This document shows positions 1 through 32,000 of a DNA stretch of 32,000 nucleotides, in pieces. Each line of letters begins with the position of its first letter. The first letter of the stretch is position 1. The position numbers were made by a program, and so were the translations under genes. Below the pieces are notes generated by a model, which made no database searches, was not told where the DNA came from, and saw nothing but the letters and a program-made list of their open reading frames with translations. This DNA is from a metagenome. Location: sequence record ERR599300.PRJEB4352.408172_marine.metagenome.k127_1960215. The stretch is one strand, 5' to 3'.

Positions 1-2163
<2,163 letters not shown>

Positions 2164-2211
2164 CTGTACTGTAGTAGAAGTATATTTTACATTCATTGCA
2201 AACACACAACG

Positions 2212-2256
<45 letters not shown>

Positions 2257-2406
2257 CGGAAAGCCAACAGCGCGCCACGGATTCCTCAGTCGAGTTGTCA
2301 TGAATCATCTTCATGAGGATGGTCAGCAAAGATTAAGCTATTTGAAACATCATCGGAAACCACGAGGGCGAGAACAGGTTCGATCATCGCGTGTACGCAC
2401 CTAGCA

Positions 2407-3489
2407 CTAAAACGTCGGCGCGATAGTGGACTCTTCCGTGAACACGCCCTGCTCTACTGCGACGTCCAATTCTCGAAACGCCAACACGCGTCTGGAAGAC
2501 TCCTTCAACGTGCGCGCGACCCAGTCGTCCTTGTCTTCCCTCAGATCGAACATAATTTTTTCATGAAGCTTTAAGAGCAAATACACGTCTAGCGCGGCAT
2601 ACCGTCGAACGTCATCTGTTAACGGACGATCCGCCCAAAGCGTCGATTCCTCGACGGCGTACAACTTCTTCACGCGAACCTTCAAGTCATCAGCCACCGC
2701 GGTCTCCGCGCTCGTCAGATGCGTTCCCGCGCACTTCACGATCCCCGCGACGCGATCGATCATCTTCCCGAGAGCCCGACGCGCGGCGACGTCGAGCACC
2801 TGCACGTCCATCACGTTTTCCAATCGCACGTCGAATTGATGAAACAACGCGTCCGAATCCATGCGACAATCAAACATGAGCTTCATCGGCGCCTCACTCG
2901 ACTCCAGGACATCCCGCAACCCTCCCGCGTTTCTGTCTCCGAACGCTCGTCCCCCGAGCGACTGCACGTCGATCAAGTAAATCGCGTCGCGCGTCGCGCA
3001 CTGCACCACCGTCACCGGACCCGTGCGCGACATTCGCACTCCCTCGCAATCAACCGCGACGACGCTCGACGCCTTGATCGTCTCCACGCATGCCGGCATT
3101 TTGATTTCATAATTCGTCGCGTCGATGATTTCGCACCGTTGATCCAGCGTGTTCACGATCTCGAGGCACATCGGATCCGACTTCGCGTTCGTCGGCGCCG
3201 CCGGCTTTTTCCGTCGCTTCTTCTTCTTCGCCGCGCCGCCGGACCCACCGGCTTCCGCGCGCTTACCGCCGCCCTCGAGCGCGCCGCGTTCGAGGCCAGA
3301 CGAATCATCGCCGTTCGCGCGCTTGAATCCGAGCACGACGCCGCCGTACGCGTCGTCGTCGTCGTCGAGCGTTTCGCCCTTCGCCGAGGCGGCGGCTCGG
3401 CACGGCTTACAAAACCGCGTCGACTGCGCGGTCTGACGCTTGAACGTCGACGCGCACTTGGCGCACACGAGCCTGGGTTTGTTGCCCAT
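2407..3489 (-). CDS. DEDDy-type 3'-5' exonuclease domain protein with an N-terminal 4-Cys zinc ribbon and a basic tract
   Basis: The exonuclease motifs are ExoI VAVDCEG, ExoII MFDCRMDSDAL and ExoIII YAALDVYLL. The ATG at 3489 gives MGNKPRLVCAKC...CKPC followed by KKKKRRKK (NLS-like). An upstream in-frame ATG at 3657 would add 56 Ala/Arg/Ser-rich residues, so the start is unresolved. The stop is TAG at 2407-2409. Confidence 0.7.
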   Translation of the reverse strand: MGNKPRLVCAKCASTFKRQTAQSTRFCKPCRAAASAKGETLDDDDDAYGGVVLGFKRANGDDSSGLERGALEGGGKRAEAGGSGGAAKKKKRRKKPAAPTNAKSDPMCLEIVNTLDQRCEIIDATNYEIKMPACVETIKASSVVAVDCEGVRMSRTGPVTVVQCATRDAIYLIDVQSLGGRAFGDRNAGGLRDVLESSEAPMKLMFDCRMDSDALFHQFDVRLENVMDVQVLDVAARRALGKMIDRVAGIVKCAGTHLTSAETAVADDLKVRVKKLYAVEESTLWADRPLTDDVRRYAALDVYLLLKLHEKIMFDLREDKDDWVARTLKESSRRVLAFRELDVAVEQGVFTEESTIAPTF

Positions 3490-3742
3490 CCGCGCGACGC
3501 CGCGCGCGCGCGCGAGCGCGAGAACGCGCGCGGGCGGGCGCGCGCGCGAGAGCGCGGCGCGCGACCGGGACGCGACCGCGACCGCGACCGACGACGCGCG
3601 ACCGCGCGCGGACGCAGAGGACGACGCGCGCGCTGAAACGCGCGCGGGGATGAGCATACACCGAAACGACGCGCGATCGGCGCGCGAGCGCCGGTGCGCG
3701 CGACGGTGTGACGCCGCGACTCGCGCCGACGCGCGTTCGGCG

Positions 3743-4564
3743 TCAACCGACGCCGGCGCCGAGCGGCGCGCGACATCGCGTCGACGTCAAGTCGCAACCG
3801 GGATACGCGCGGCGCGCGTCGGAGACACCCAAATCGCCGTAGCACGCGCATCGACTGCTCGCGCGCCCTTCGGCGTCCGTCGTGGTTTCGTTGCGCGGGT
3901 ATCGCGGTCCCGAGTCGTCCTCGCGGCAGCGCACGTCGACGAAGTCGCCGTCCGACGTGGAATCGCAATCCGGGAACATGCGCGCGCGCTGTTCGCGCGC
4001 CGCCGCACCCGCGTCGTACCGCTCCAACCGCGCTCGAATCTCGAGCGTCAACGCCGTCGCCGCCCCCGTCTCGGCGTCGTAAAACTCGCCGTTCGCCAAG
4101 ACGCCCGCGGCGCGATACTTGTCGCGCATGAAATCCCTCCACCCTCGGATCGCCGCCAACTCCCCGTCCGTCAGCCCCGAGACGTCGCTCACGCACCCAC
4201 TCTCGCTGAAGTCTCCCGTCGCGAACGCGCGGCTCGCGTCGCGTCCCGCGAAGCACGTCGCGTAGTCGCCGTCGCCCGCGTAAAACCGTCGCCCCGCCGA
4301 CACGTCGAAGCACTCGCCCAGCACCGCCAGCCACACGCGCGGCCGTCGTCGCAGCGCCGCGCGCGCGCGCGTCCACGTCGACGCGTCGCTTCGCCGCGCG
4401 CGATCGACCCTGCGCGCGAGCGCGTCGGGCGCGACCATCGCGACGCGCGCGTTCGCGTTCGCGTTCGCGTTCGCGTCGCGCCGACGCGCGACGACCGCGA
4501 CGACCGCGACGACGACGGCGAGCGCGACGCGCGCGAGTCGCGCGCGCGCGTCGTCTCGCGCCAT
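3743..4564 (-). CDS. Cytochrome b5-like heme/steroid-binding (MAPR/neuferricin-like) protein with an N-terminal membrane anchor
   Basis: The block LAVLGECFDVSAGRRFYAGDGDYATCFAGRDASRAFATGDF matches the MAPR-type cyt-b5-like domain. The ATG at 4564 (MARDDARARLARVALAVVVAVVAVVA) supplies a hydrophobic anchor. The ATG at 4687 used by the ORF track adds 41 non-descript residues. The ORF contains a (GCGTTC)4 hexamer repeat encoding ANANANANA. Confidence 0.6.
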   Translation of the reverse strand: MARDDARARLARVALAVVVAVVAVVARRRDANANANANARVAMVAPDALARRVDRARRSDASTWTRARAALRRRPRVWLAVLGECFDVSAGRRFYAGDGDYATCFAGRDASRAFATGDFSESGCVSDVSGLTDGELAAIRGWRDFMRDKYRAAGVLANGEFYDAETGAATALTLEIRARLERYDAGAAAREQRARMFPDCDSTSDGDFVDVRCREDDSGPRYPRNETTTDAEGRASSRCACYGDLGVSDARRAYPGCDLTSTRCRAPLGAGVG

Positions 4565-4591
4565 CGCGCGCGCCGTCGCGTCCGCCGGCGC

Positions 4592-4650
4592 CGTCTGGCG
4601 TCGCGCGTCTGGCGCCGCGCGTCCGACCGACCGCGTCCGACCGACCGCGT
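4592..4650. repeat. Two adjacent 14-bp-period tandem duplications in the cyt-b5-like / WEE1 divergent spacer
   Basis: CGTCTGGCG occurs at 4592-4600 and 4606-4614. GCGTCCGACCGACC occurs at 4619-4632 and 4633-4646, followed by a partial third copy to 4650. Confidence 0.8.
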
Positions 4651-4766
4651 GTATGCGTAAACAGTGAGACGTACGATACCACGGCATTCGGCATCGAATT
4701 CAAACGACCGCCCCGTTCGCCGCGGCGCGCGACACCGCGACGCGCGCGCGACCCGACGCGGTCGTC

Positions 4767-6359
<1,593 letters not shown>

Positions 6360-6689
6360 TGTGATCCATCGTCATCGCGATCACGCGCGCGTCATCATTC
6401 GCTTCGCCGCGCGCGCCTCGCGATCCCCGCGCCCCGGCGCCGCGTCATCCACACCCAACAGGGGGCCTCGTCGTCGACGTCGATCATCGGCATCGCGCGT
6501 CATCGTTCGATCGTTCGGCCGCGTCGCGCCGCACACGCCCTCGCGCGCACGTCGACGCGCCTTCGCGTCGTTCGTCGCGCGCACACGCGCCCATTCGTCG
6601 CGCGTCGCGCCTTCGCGTCGTCGTCGTCGTCGCGAATCGTCGTCGACCGGGACACTTTTCGCCACTCGAAGCGTCACCGCGTCGTCGCG

Positions 6690-7937
6690 ATGCGCGCGGC
6701 GCTGCGACGATGCGCGAAGCACGCGACGCGCGCGGCGACGCGACCGCACGCGGCGCTGCGCGCGACGGCGGCGCCGCCGGCGCGCGCGTACGCGGACATC
6801 GCGAGCCTGAAGCGGACGCCGCTGTACGACTTGCACGCGAGGCGCGGCGGGAAGCTCGTCGACTTCGCGGGGTACGCGCTGCCGATACAGTACGAAGATT
6901 CCATCATGGAGGCGACGCAGCACTGCCGGAGCGAAGCGTCGTTGTTCGACGTGAGTCACATGCTCGGGAGCAGCGTCAGGGGGAAGGACGCGACGGCGTT
7001 TTTGGAGTCGCTCGTCGTGGCGGATTTGAAGGGGCTCAAGGACGGCACGGGGACGCTGAGCGTGATGACGAACGAAAAGGGTGGTATCATCGACGATACC
7101 GTCATCACGAAGGTTAATTCTAATGATTTTTACGTCGTCTTGAACGCTGGTTGCGCGGAGAAGGATCAAGCGCACATCAACGCGGCGCTGGCGAAGGCCA
7201 AGGCGAAGGGGATGGACGTCGAATTCGTCGTGCACTCGGATCGCTCGCTGTTGGCGTTCCAAGGACCGAAGACCATGTCCGTGCTTCAACGCCTGACCGA
7301 TTTCGACCTGAGCAAGCTGTATTTCGGGATGTTTACGTCGATGAAGATCAACGGCGCCGATTGCTGGGTCACGCGCACCGGTTACACGGGCGAGGACGGG
7401 TTCGAGATCTCCGTCCCGAACGCCGACGCGATGAAGCTCGCCGAGCGCTTGGAGTCTGAGAAGGAAGTGCGCATGGCTGCCCTCGGCCCGCGCGATTCTT
7501 TGCGCCTCGAAGCCGGACTGTGCCTGTACGGTAACGATTTGAACGAAGACATCACTCCGCCCGAGGCTGGTTTGGCGTGGACCATCGGCAAGGCTCGCCG
7601 CGAGCTCTGCGACTTCACCGGCGGCGAAATCATCAAAAAGCAGCTCGAAGACCCGAAGGCGATTCCCCAGCGTCGCGTCGGTTTGACCTTCACCGGCAAG
7701 GGTGCTCCCGCGAGACAGCACTCTCTGATCCTCGACACGGACGGCAACCAAATCGGCGAAGTCACCTCCGGCGGCTTCTCTCCGGTGTTGCAAAAGAACA
7801 TCGCCATGGGCTACGTCGCCAAAGCCTTCGCCAAAGCCGGCACCGAGCTCTTGGTCGAGACGCGCGGCAAGCGCACGCCCGCCGTGACGACCAAGATGCC
7901 TTTCGTCAACACGACGTACTACAAGCCCGCGGAATAG
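6690..7937 (+). CDS. gcvT: Aminomethyltransferase (glycine cleavage system T protein) with an N-terminal presequence
   Basis: There is an ATG at 6690. The protein shows full-length GcvT-like colinearity: LKRTPLYDLHARRGGKLVDFAGYALPIQY, SLFDVSHM, GTLSVMTNEKGGIIDD, TRTGYTGEDGFEIS, LGPRDSLRLEAGLCLYGNDL and KMPFVNTTYYKP. The N-terminus is Arg/Ala-rich. Confidence 0.9.
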   Translation: MRAALRRCAKHATRAATRPHAALRATAAPPARAYADIASLKRTPLYDLHARRGGKLVDFAGYALPIQYEDSIMEATQHCRSEASLFDVSHMLGSSVRGKDATAFLESLVVADLKGLKDGTGTLSVMTNEKGGIIDDTVITKVNSNDFYVVLNAGCAEKDQAHINAALAKAKAKGMDVEFVVHSDRSLLAFQGPKTMSVLQRLTDFDLSKLYFGMFTSMKINGADCWVTRTGYTGEDGFEISVPNADAMKLAERLESEKEVRMAALGPRDSLRLEAGLCLYGNDLNEDITPPEAGLAWTIGKARRELCDFTGGEIIKKQLEDPKAIPQRRVGLTFTGKGAPARQHSLILDTDGNQIGEVTSGGFSPVLQKNIAMGYVAKAFAKAGTELLVETRGKRTPAVTTKMPFVNTTYYKPAE

Positions 7938-7976
7938 ATCGCGTTCGCGCGCTCCTTCCGTTCGCTCGCTCTTCGA

Positions 7977-7981
7977 TGTAA
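7977..7981 (+). promoter_or_regulatory. Possible TGTAA polyadenylation signal downstream of gcvT
   Basis: TGTAA lies 40 nt after the TAG stop. UGUAA is the characterised poly(A) signal in Chlamydomonas-type green algae; its use in this lineage is assumed, not shown. Confidence 0.3.
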
Positions 7982-8101
7982 CGACGTCCGTTCGCCGCGA
8001 CCGCCGACTTAGCCGCCCGCGATCTCGTTTTCGCGCCTTTTTCGTTGTTTGATTTGAATCAATCATCGCTCGATCGCGCCATCACGCGACGCCTTGAGTG
8101 C

Positions 8102-9430
<1,329 letters not shown>

Positions 9431-9483
9431 TCAGTGTAGTGTCGCGCGACTCGTCGTTTACTCCCACGCAGCACATCTTCTTT

Positions 9484-9488
9484 TGTAA
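9484..9488 (+). promoter_or_regulatory. Possible TGTAA polyadenylation signal downstream of recA
   Basis: TGTAA lies 54 nt after the TAA stop, in the AT-richer tail-to-tail spacer. Confidence 0.3.
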
Positions 9489-9532
9489 CACACATTATTA
9501 CCGTTTCATCGCGCGGCGTCTACTACAGCTAA

Positions 9533-10728
9533 TCAGTGTCGCACGAATCTATCGTTATCCGCACCCTCGTCGAAGACGTTGTCACCGAGCATGACGCGAG
9601 AATCGAGCGCCTTATCCGCTCGGCGTTTCCTTCTCGCCTCGAATTCGCTCCACCCGTCGCGTTCGCGCAACGCCTCTACGAGAATCGGGTTCTCGCGTAA
9701 GTTCAACTCGACGAGCGCTTTCGCGTGCTTCAACAGCTCCACGGGAATGCCTTCGAGTTCAATGCGGTTGCCCACGAGATTCAGCGAGCGCAAACACGCG
9801 AGCGCGCCGTACGAGGCTGGAATCGACACGACGGCGTTGCGACTTGCGTCGACGACTTCGAGCAGTCCGTTCGTCTCGAACGCGGGTAAACGCTCGAGTC
9901 TGTTGGCGACGAGCGACACGTGCTTGAGCCTGGGAAGTCCCCGGAAGAAATCATCGCAAACTTCTCCCGCGATGTCGCACCGAGCGAGCGAGAGCGTCTC
10001 GAGCGACGCGCACGTCGGCGTCGCGGTCGCGACGTCGTTCCCCAACGCCGCGTTTCCGCTCAAATCCAAATGCGTCAAGCGCGTCAAAGAGGCGATGGCG
10101 GACCACGGCATCGATCTCAACGCGTTATCTCGCAAAACGATGCGCGCGACGTTGCTCAACTCGCTGATCCGAGGCGAAACCGTTTCGAGGCGATTCGCGC
10201 CGTAATCGAGCACGCGCACTTTGCCTCCTAAATCGAACGCGCGAGACGCCACCTCCCTCCGCGCGCATCCGCGCATGCCGACGATCCCCGTCGCCGCCCA
10301 CGCGGCGAAACGTTCGTTCGTCTCGTCGGACGCACCGTCGCGCGAGCGCGCCGCGTCCGCGTCCGCGTCCGCGTCCGCCTTCGCCTTCGCGTCGGCTTCC
10401 TTCTTCAACCGCGTCGCCCGCAACGCCTCCGCGCCTCGAGACGTCCCTCCCGCCCCCGCGCCCTCCGCGCCGCTCGCCACCACCATAATTTTCAAAACCT
10501 TCCCCGTCCTTTCGTGTTTCGCGAGCACTCGACCGCGCAAATCAAACCCTCGATCGTCGCCTCGAATCCTCGCGCCGCCGCTCGCGAGCAGCGTCAACCG
10601 CCCCGCGGCGACCCCTCGCAGGCCCTCGAACGCGCCTCGCGCGCGCTCCACCAGCGCGCCCACGTCGCCGTCGCTCGGAAACGTCCCCCCGCACCGCTCG
10701 ACGCCGTATCTCAGCTCGATCGCGACGC

Positions 10729-10732
<4 letters not shown>
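9533..10732 (-). CDS. Leucine-rich-repeat protein with a possible N-terminal ubiquitin-like domain
   Basis: The first ATG in this frame is at 10732 (MSVAIELRYG...); the track start at 10855 is GTG. The protein has tandem LRRs (LTHLDLSGNA, LETLSLARCDI, LKHVSLVANRLERLP, LEVVDASRNAVVSIP, LRSLNLVGNRI, LVELNLRENP). Confidence 0.7.
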
Positions 10733-12056
<1,324 letters not shown>

Positions 12057-12207
12057 CGTTATTATTAAAAATCACTAAACCTCCATCCGAGACCGTGACA
12101 TCTTTCATCCATCGCGGCGCGCGGTCGGTCCGTCGGTCGCGCGCGCGCGGCGTGGTGCTCGCGATCACCACACCGCGATCGATGAGATTCATAGCCACAT
12201 AATACGA

Positions 12208-12232
12208 CGCAAAAAACGCAAAAAACGCAAAG
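12208..12232. repeat. 9-bp CGCAAAAAA tandem (about 2.7 copies) upstream of the hydrolase-like gene, with a fourth dispersed copy at 12278-12286
   Basis: CGCAAAAAA occurs at 12208-12216 and 12217-12225, followed by CGCAAAG at 12226-12232. Confidence 0.7.
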
Positions 12233-12311
12233 CGCGCGCGACATTCGGACACATGGCGTATACGTGATCAGTGACGACGCAAAAAACGTATCGCCGCAGC
12301 TCGGACGCGAA

Positions 12312-21864
<9,553 letters not shown>

Positions 21865-21865
21865 T

Positions 21866-23859
<1,994 letters not shown>

Positions 23860-24076
23860 GGGCGGCGAACTCTCGCACAGCTCAGTGGAACTCGGAACGC
23901 ATAACGCGGTTTTTTATAGCGTGTGTGTTCGTGCAAACGAGCCCCGGCTGCATGGTGTCTGTTAGAGACCCACATCAGATAGAAAGCGAATTGTAAGAGA
24001 AATTCGATGCGTAAAAACAACTGAGTGGTGATGTTACAATTCAATATTCGCGCGAAACGCGCTGCCGCCGCCCTAA

Positions 24077-25504
<1,428 letters not shown>

Positions 25505-25807
25505 CGCTCAAAAACGCGTTCGACAGGTTAACGAGCCAATTACGTCGCGTTTACGAGGCGCGCGCGCGCGCGAGGGCGTGCGAACGGTCCGCGCCGGATC
25601 CAACGCGTCCTCGCGAGCGTGTTGGATCGTCCGTGCGCTTCGGCGGACGTCGGCGTCGCCGCGCGCGCTCGTCTGAGGGGGTGCCCGAGGCGCGCGGTCT
25701 GTTTGTTGCCTTGGGCTTCGTTCGGGCTTCGGGACTCGCTCAGACGGGACGGCTTTGAAATCGCTCGAACGAGCGTGGAAGAGTTCGATTTACAAACGCT
25801 TGAATAG

Positions 25808-28834
<3,027 letters not shown>

Positions 28835-28921
28835 TCTGTCGTCGTCGCGCGCCCATCGCGCGCTGACAATCCGTTTTGGCGGGAACGGCGATCGGAGTCC
28901 CTCGCGCTCGGTTCACGAACC

Positions 28922-29470
<549 letters not shown>

Positions 29471-29555
29471 ATGGAATAAGTTTGTACACGACCGCCGTCG
29501 AGCGCGTTTGTTTGTTTTAATGAAGAGAGCAGAAATGTTGCGTACTGCGTGCGCG

Positions 29556-30392
<837 letters not shown>

Positions 30393-30536
30393 GGTTTGAC
30401 GCCGGCCGCCTAACCGTCTCGGGACGCGCGGGACGCGCGGACGAAGGACGGACGACTGGTTCTATCGTCTCACTACAACAACACCGGCTCGCGACGCGCG
30501 CTCGAATCGACTCCGTGACGACGGAAACGCCGACCC

Positions 30537-31283
30537 TCACAGCTCGTCCACGGACTTGCCGTCGAGGAATTCGACGACGCGCGGCACGACGTCGCGCAGC
30601 GCGTCCGCCGCCGACGATAAATTTCGCAAAAACTCCTCCTCCGTCGCCTGCGGCCCGTCCACGATGTCCGTGATCGTCTTCACCGCGATCACGGGCACGT
30701 TAAATAGGTGCGCGACGTGCGCGATCGCCGCCGCCTCCATCTCCTTCACGCTGCACTCGAACTCGTCCAGCAGCGCTCGGCACGTCTCCGTGGCGTCCAG
30801 AGAGTTCCCCGTGCACACCACCCCGGTCTTGCATCCCAGCGCCTCGATCAACCGCGGCGTCGGCCACGCATCGTACTCACCGACGCCGTATTTATCGTAT
30901 CCAGGGATCGGTATTCGTCGATCGTGATTCTTAAACTTCGTCGCCACGTAGACGTCGCCGACCTCGCCGCCGCGCTTCGCGAACCCTCCCGCCGTGCCCG
31001 CGTTCACGATCACGTCCGGTCGCAGCGTCGCGCACGTCTCGTACGTCGACAGCGCCGCGCCGACCGTGCCGACGTTGCACACGTTGTGCCTCGCGCACGA
31101 CCCCGCGCAGACGACGTCGACGCGCGCGCCCGACTTCAGCGTTCCCGAGTGCACGCGCATGGGGACGTCGCCGCCGACGCGCGCGAACGCGTCGGCGTCG
31201 AGCGTCAGCCCGAGGGCGTCGATCAGCGGTCGCGCCTCGGCGTCCATGGCGAACAGCACGGCGATGCGCGCGATCGGCGCCAT
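30537..31283 (-). CDS. MTN: 5'-methylthioadenosine/S-adenosylhomocysteine nucleosidase (PNP_UDP_1 fold)
   Basis: There is an ATG at 31283. Family motifs include IAVLFAMDAEARPL, VIVNAGTAGGF, VCTGNSLD and KEMEAAAIAHVA, plus VIAVKTITDIVDG. These are colinear with Pfs/MTAN and plant MTN. Confidence 0.8.
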   Translation of the reverse strand: MAPIARIAVLFAMDAEARPLIDALGLTLDADAFARVGGDVPMRVHSGTLKSGARVDVVCAGSCARHNVCNVGTVGAALSTYETCATLRPDVIVNAGTAGGFAKRGGEVGDVYVATKFKNHDRRIPIPGYDKYGVGEYDAWPTPRLIEALGCKTGVVCTGNSLDATETCRALLDEFECSVKEMEAAAIAHVAHLFNVPVIAVKTITDIVDGPQATEEEFLRNLSSAADALRDVVPRVVEFLDGKSVDEL

Positions 31284-31383
31284 GGCGTCGTCGTCGAGCG
31301 CGGAAGACGACGAGTGCGGACGCGCGACGCGACGCGACGGCGCACCGCGACGCGCGCGCGCGACGGCGACGCGCGGCGATGGG

Positions 31384-31425
31384 CGCGACGACGCGATAGC
31401 GCGACGCGACGACGCGATAGCGCGA
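31384..31425. repeat. Exact 21-bp tandem duplication in the MTN / unknown-gene divergent spacer
   Basis: CGCGACGACGCGATAGCGCGA occurs at 31384-31404 and again at 31405-31425, ending 1 nt before the ATG at 31427. Confidence 0.85.
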
Positions 31426-31426
31426 G

Positions 31427-32000
31427 ATGGCGGCGCGCGCGCGCGCGAGCGACGCGAACGCGGACGCGAACGGCGAGGCCGTTTGGCTCGAGCGCGTCGT
31501 CGCGCGCGGCGTGCGACGCGCGCGCGACGCGAGCGGACGCGCGCGCGAGCCGAGACTGCGGGACGTGTGCGCGGCGGTGGACGAGGAGGTCAGGCGGGCG
31601 CGAGGGGCGGACGCGGCGGCGCGAGGGCGCGCGAGGGCGATGGCGTTCGCGCTCGGGCTGGACGTCGAGACGACGTGGGAGGAAAAGGCGGCGGCGTTGG
31701 AGCGCGGCGCGGCGCGGGGGGAGGCGAGGGGGGCGGGCGAATCGGCGACGACGCGCGAGATGAGCTCGATCGAGGCGCTGGTGGCGGTGGACGACGAGGC
31801 GTATTTGGAGACGACGGTGGGCGACGGCGCGCGAGTCGCGACGCCGACGGGAGCGGATTCGGAAGGCGCCACGCTCGACGACGACGAGAGCGAGCTCATC
31901 GCTCGAGCGTTGTGCGAAATGAACGCCATTAAGCGCGCGTTCGCGGCGTGGAGACGCGAGGCGGTGAAGGAAAAGTATCGGCGAGCGAGAGAACGCGAAA
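31427..32000 (+). CDS. Unknown protein, 3'-partial (runs off the window end; absent from the supplied ORF track)
   Basis: The ATG at 31427 is the first after an in-frame TAG at 31418-31420. The frame stays open to nt 32000, encoding MAARARASDANADANGEAVWLERVV...MAFALGLDVETTWEEKAAALE...SSIEALVAVDDEAYLETTV...ELIARALCEMNAIKRAFAAWRREAVKEKYRRARERE. The composition is far less Arg-biased than the overlapping listed ORFs. The gene is divergent from MTN. Confidence 0.45.
   Translation, partial: MAARARASDANADANGEAVWLERVVARGVRRARDASGRAREPRLRDVCAAVDEEVRRARGADAAARGRARAMAFALGLDVETTWEEKAAALERGAARGEARGAGESATTREMSSIEALVAVDDEAYLETTVGDGARVATPTGADSEGATLDDDESELIARALCEMNAIKRAFAAWRREAVKEKYRRARERE

Noticed and set aside
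4592-4614. An E2F binding-site call for the duplicated GTCTGGCG in the WEE1 promoter as a stand-alone regulatory feature.
   Set aside because: It is one mismatch from the consensus in a background where GGCGC-containing words are very frequent. It is kept only as a weak note inside the repeat finding.
30708-31932. Listed ORFs 30708-31763 (+), 30994-31932 (+) and 30931-31929 (-), each 310-350 aa.
   Set aside because: They are Arg/Gly/Ala-rich and overlap the well-supported MTN gene in antisense and the better-composed frame starting at 31427. They are treated as composition artefacts.

Overview
This is eukaryotic nuclear DNA, not prokaryotic. It is very GC-rich (not computed), extremely gene-dense and almost intron-free. 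That pattern fits a picoplanktonic prasinophyte green alga (Ostreococcus/Micromonas-like Mamiellophyceae). This assignment is an inference from gene content, spacing and composition; no search was run. I can support about 23 protein-coding genes on both strands plus one intron-containing tRNA-Ala(CGC). In order they are: MutS2-like (5'-partial), DEDDy 3'-5' exonuclease, cytochrome b5-like/MAPR, WEE1 kinase, glycine-cleavage T protein, RecA, an LRR protein preceded by a 67-codon Cys-rich ORF, cyclophilin, an alpha/beta-hydrolase-like protein, a 2OG-Fe(II)-oxygenase-like protein, tRNA-Ala, an mTERF-like protein, a small two-TM plastid-type protein, a PAO/TIC55-family Rieske oxygenase, NEMF/Rqc2, PAT1, pyruvate dehydrogenase kinase, a RecD2-type helicase, an HU-like protein, a PEX11-like protein, MTA/SAH nucleosidase, and a 3'-partial ORF at the window end that the ORF track omits. 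The ORF track uses bacterial alternative start codons, so many listed starts lie 5' of the first real ATG. The many long Arg/Ala-rich ORFs antisense or out of frame to these genes are GC-composition artefacts. I see no mobile element, CRISPR array, rRNA or prokaryote-style defence or biosynthetic cluster, and no clear-cut novel system. The observations most worth a second look are: (1) a head-to-head RecD2-type helicase / HU-like pair, within a window unusually rich in bacterial-type, probably organelle-directed DNA-maintenance genes (MutS2, RecA, RecD2, HU); (2) HU and cyclophilin, whose conserved N-termini start upstream of any in-frame ATG and can both be rescued by similar short GTGCG...CTGAC...CAG introns; (3) a Cys-rich 67-codon ORF whose stop overlaps the LRR gene start as ATGA, a candidate dicistronic or uORF arrangement; (4) a tRNA-Ala(CGC) with a 26-nt canonical-position intron and an initiator-like A54/A60 T-loop, wedged against two Pol II genes; (5) a MutS2 lacking the Smr domain.
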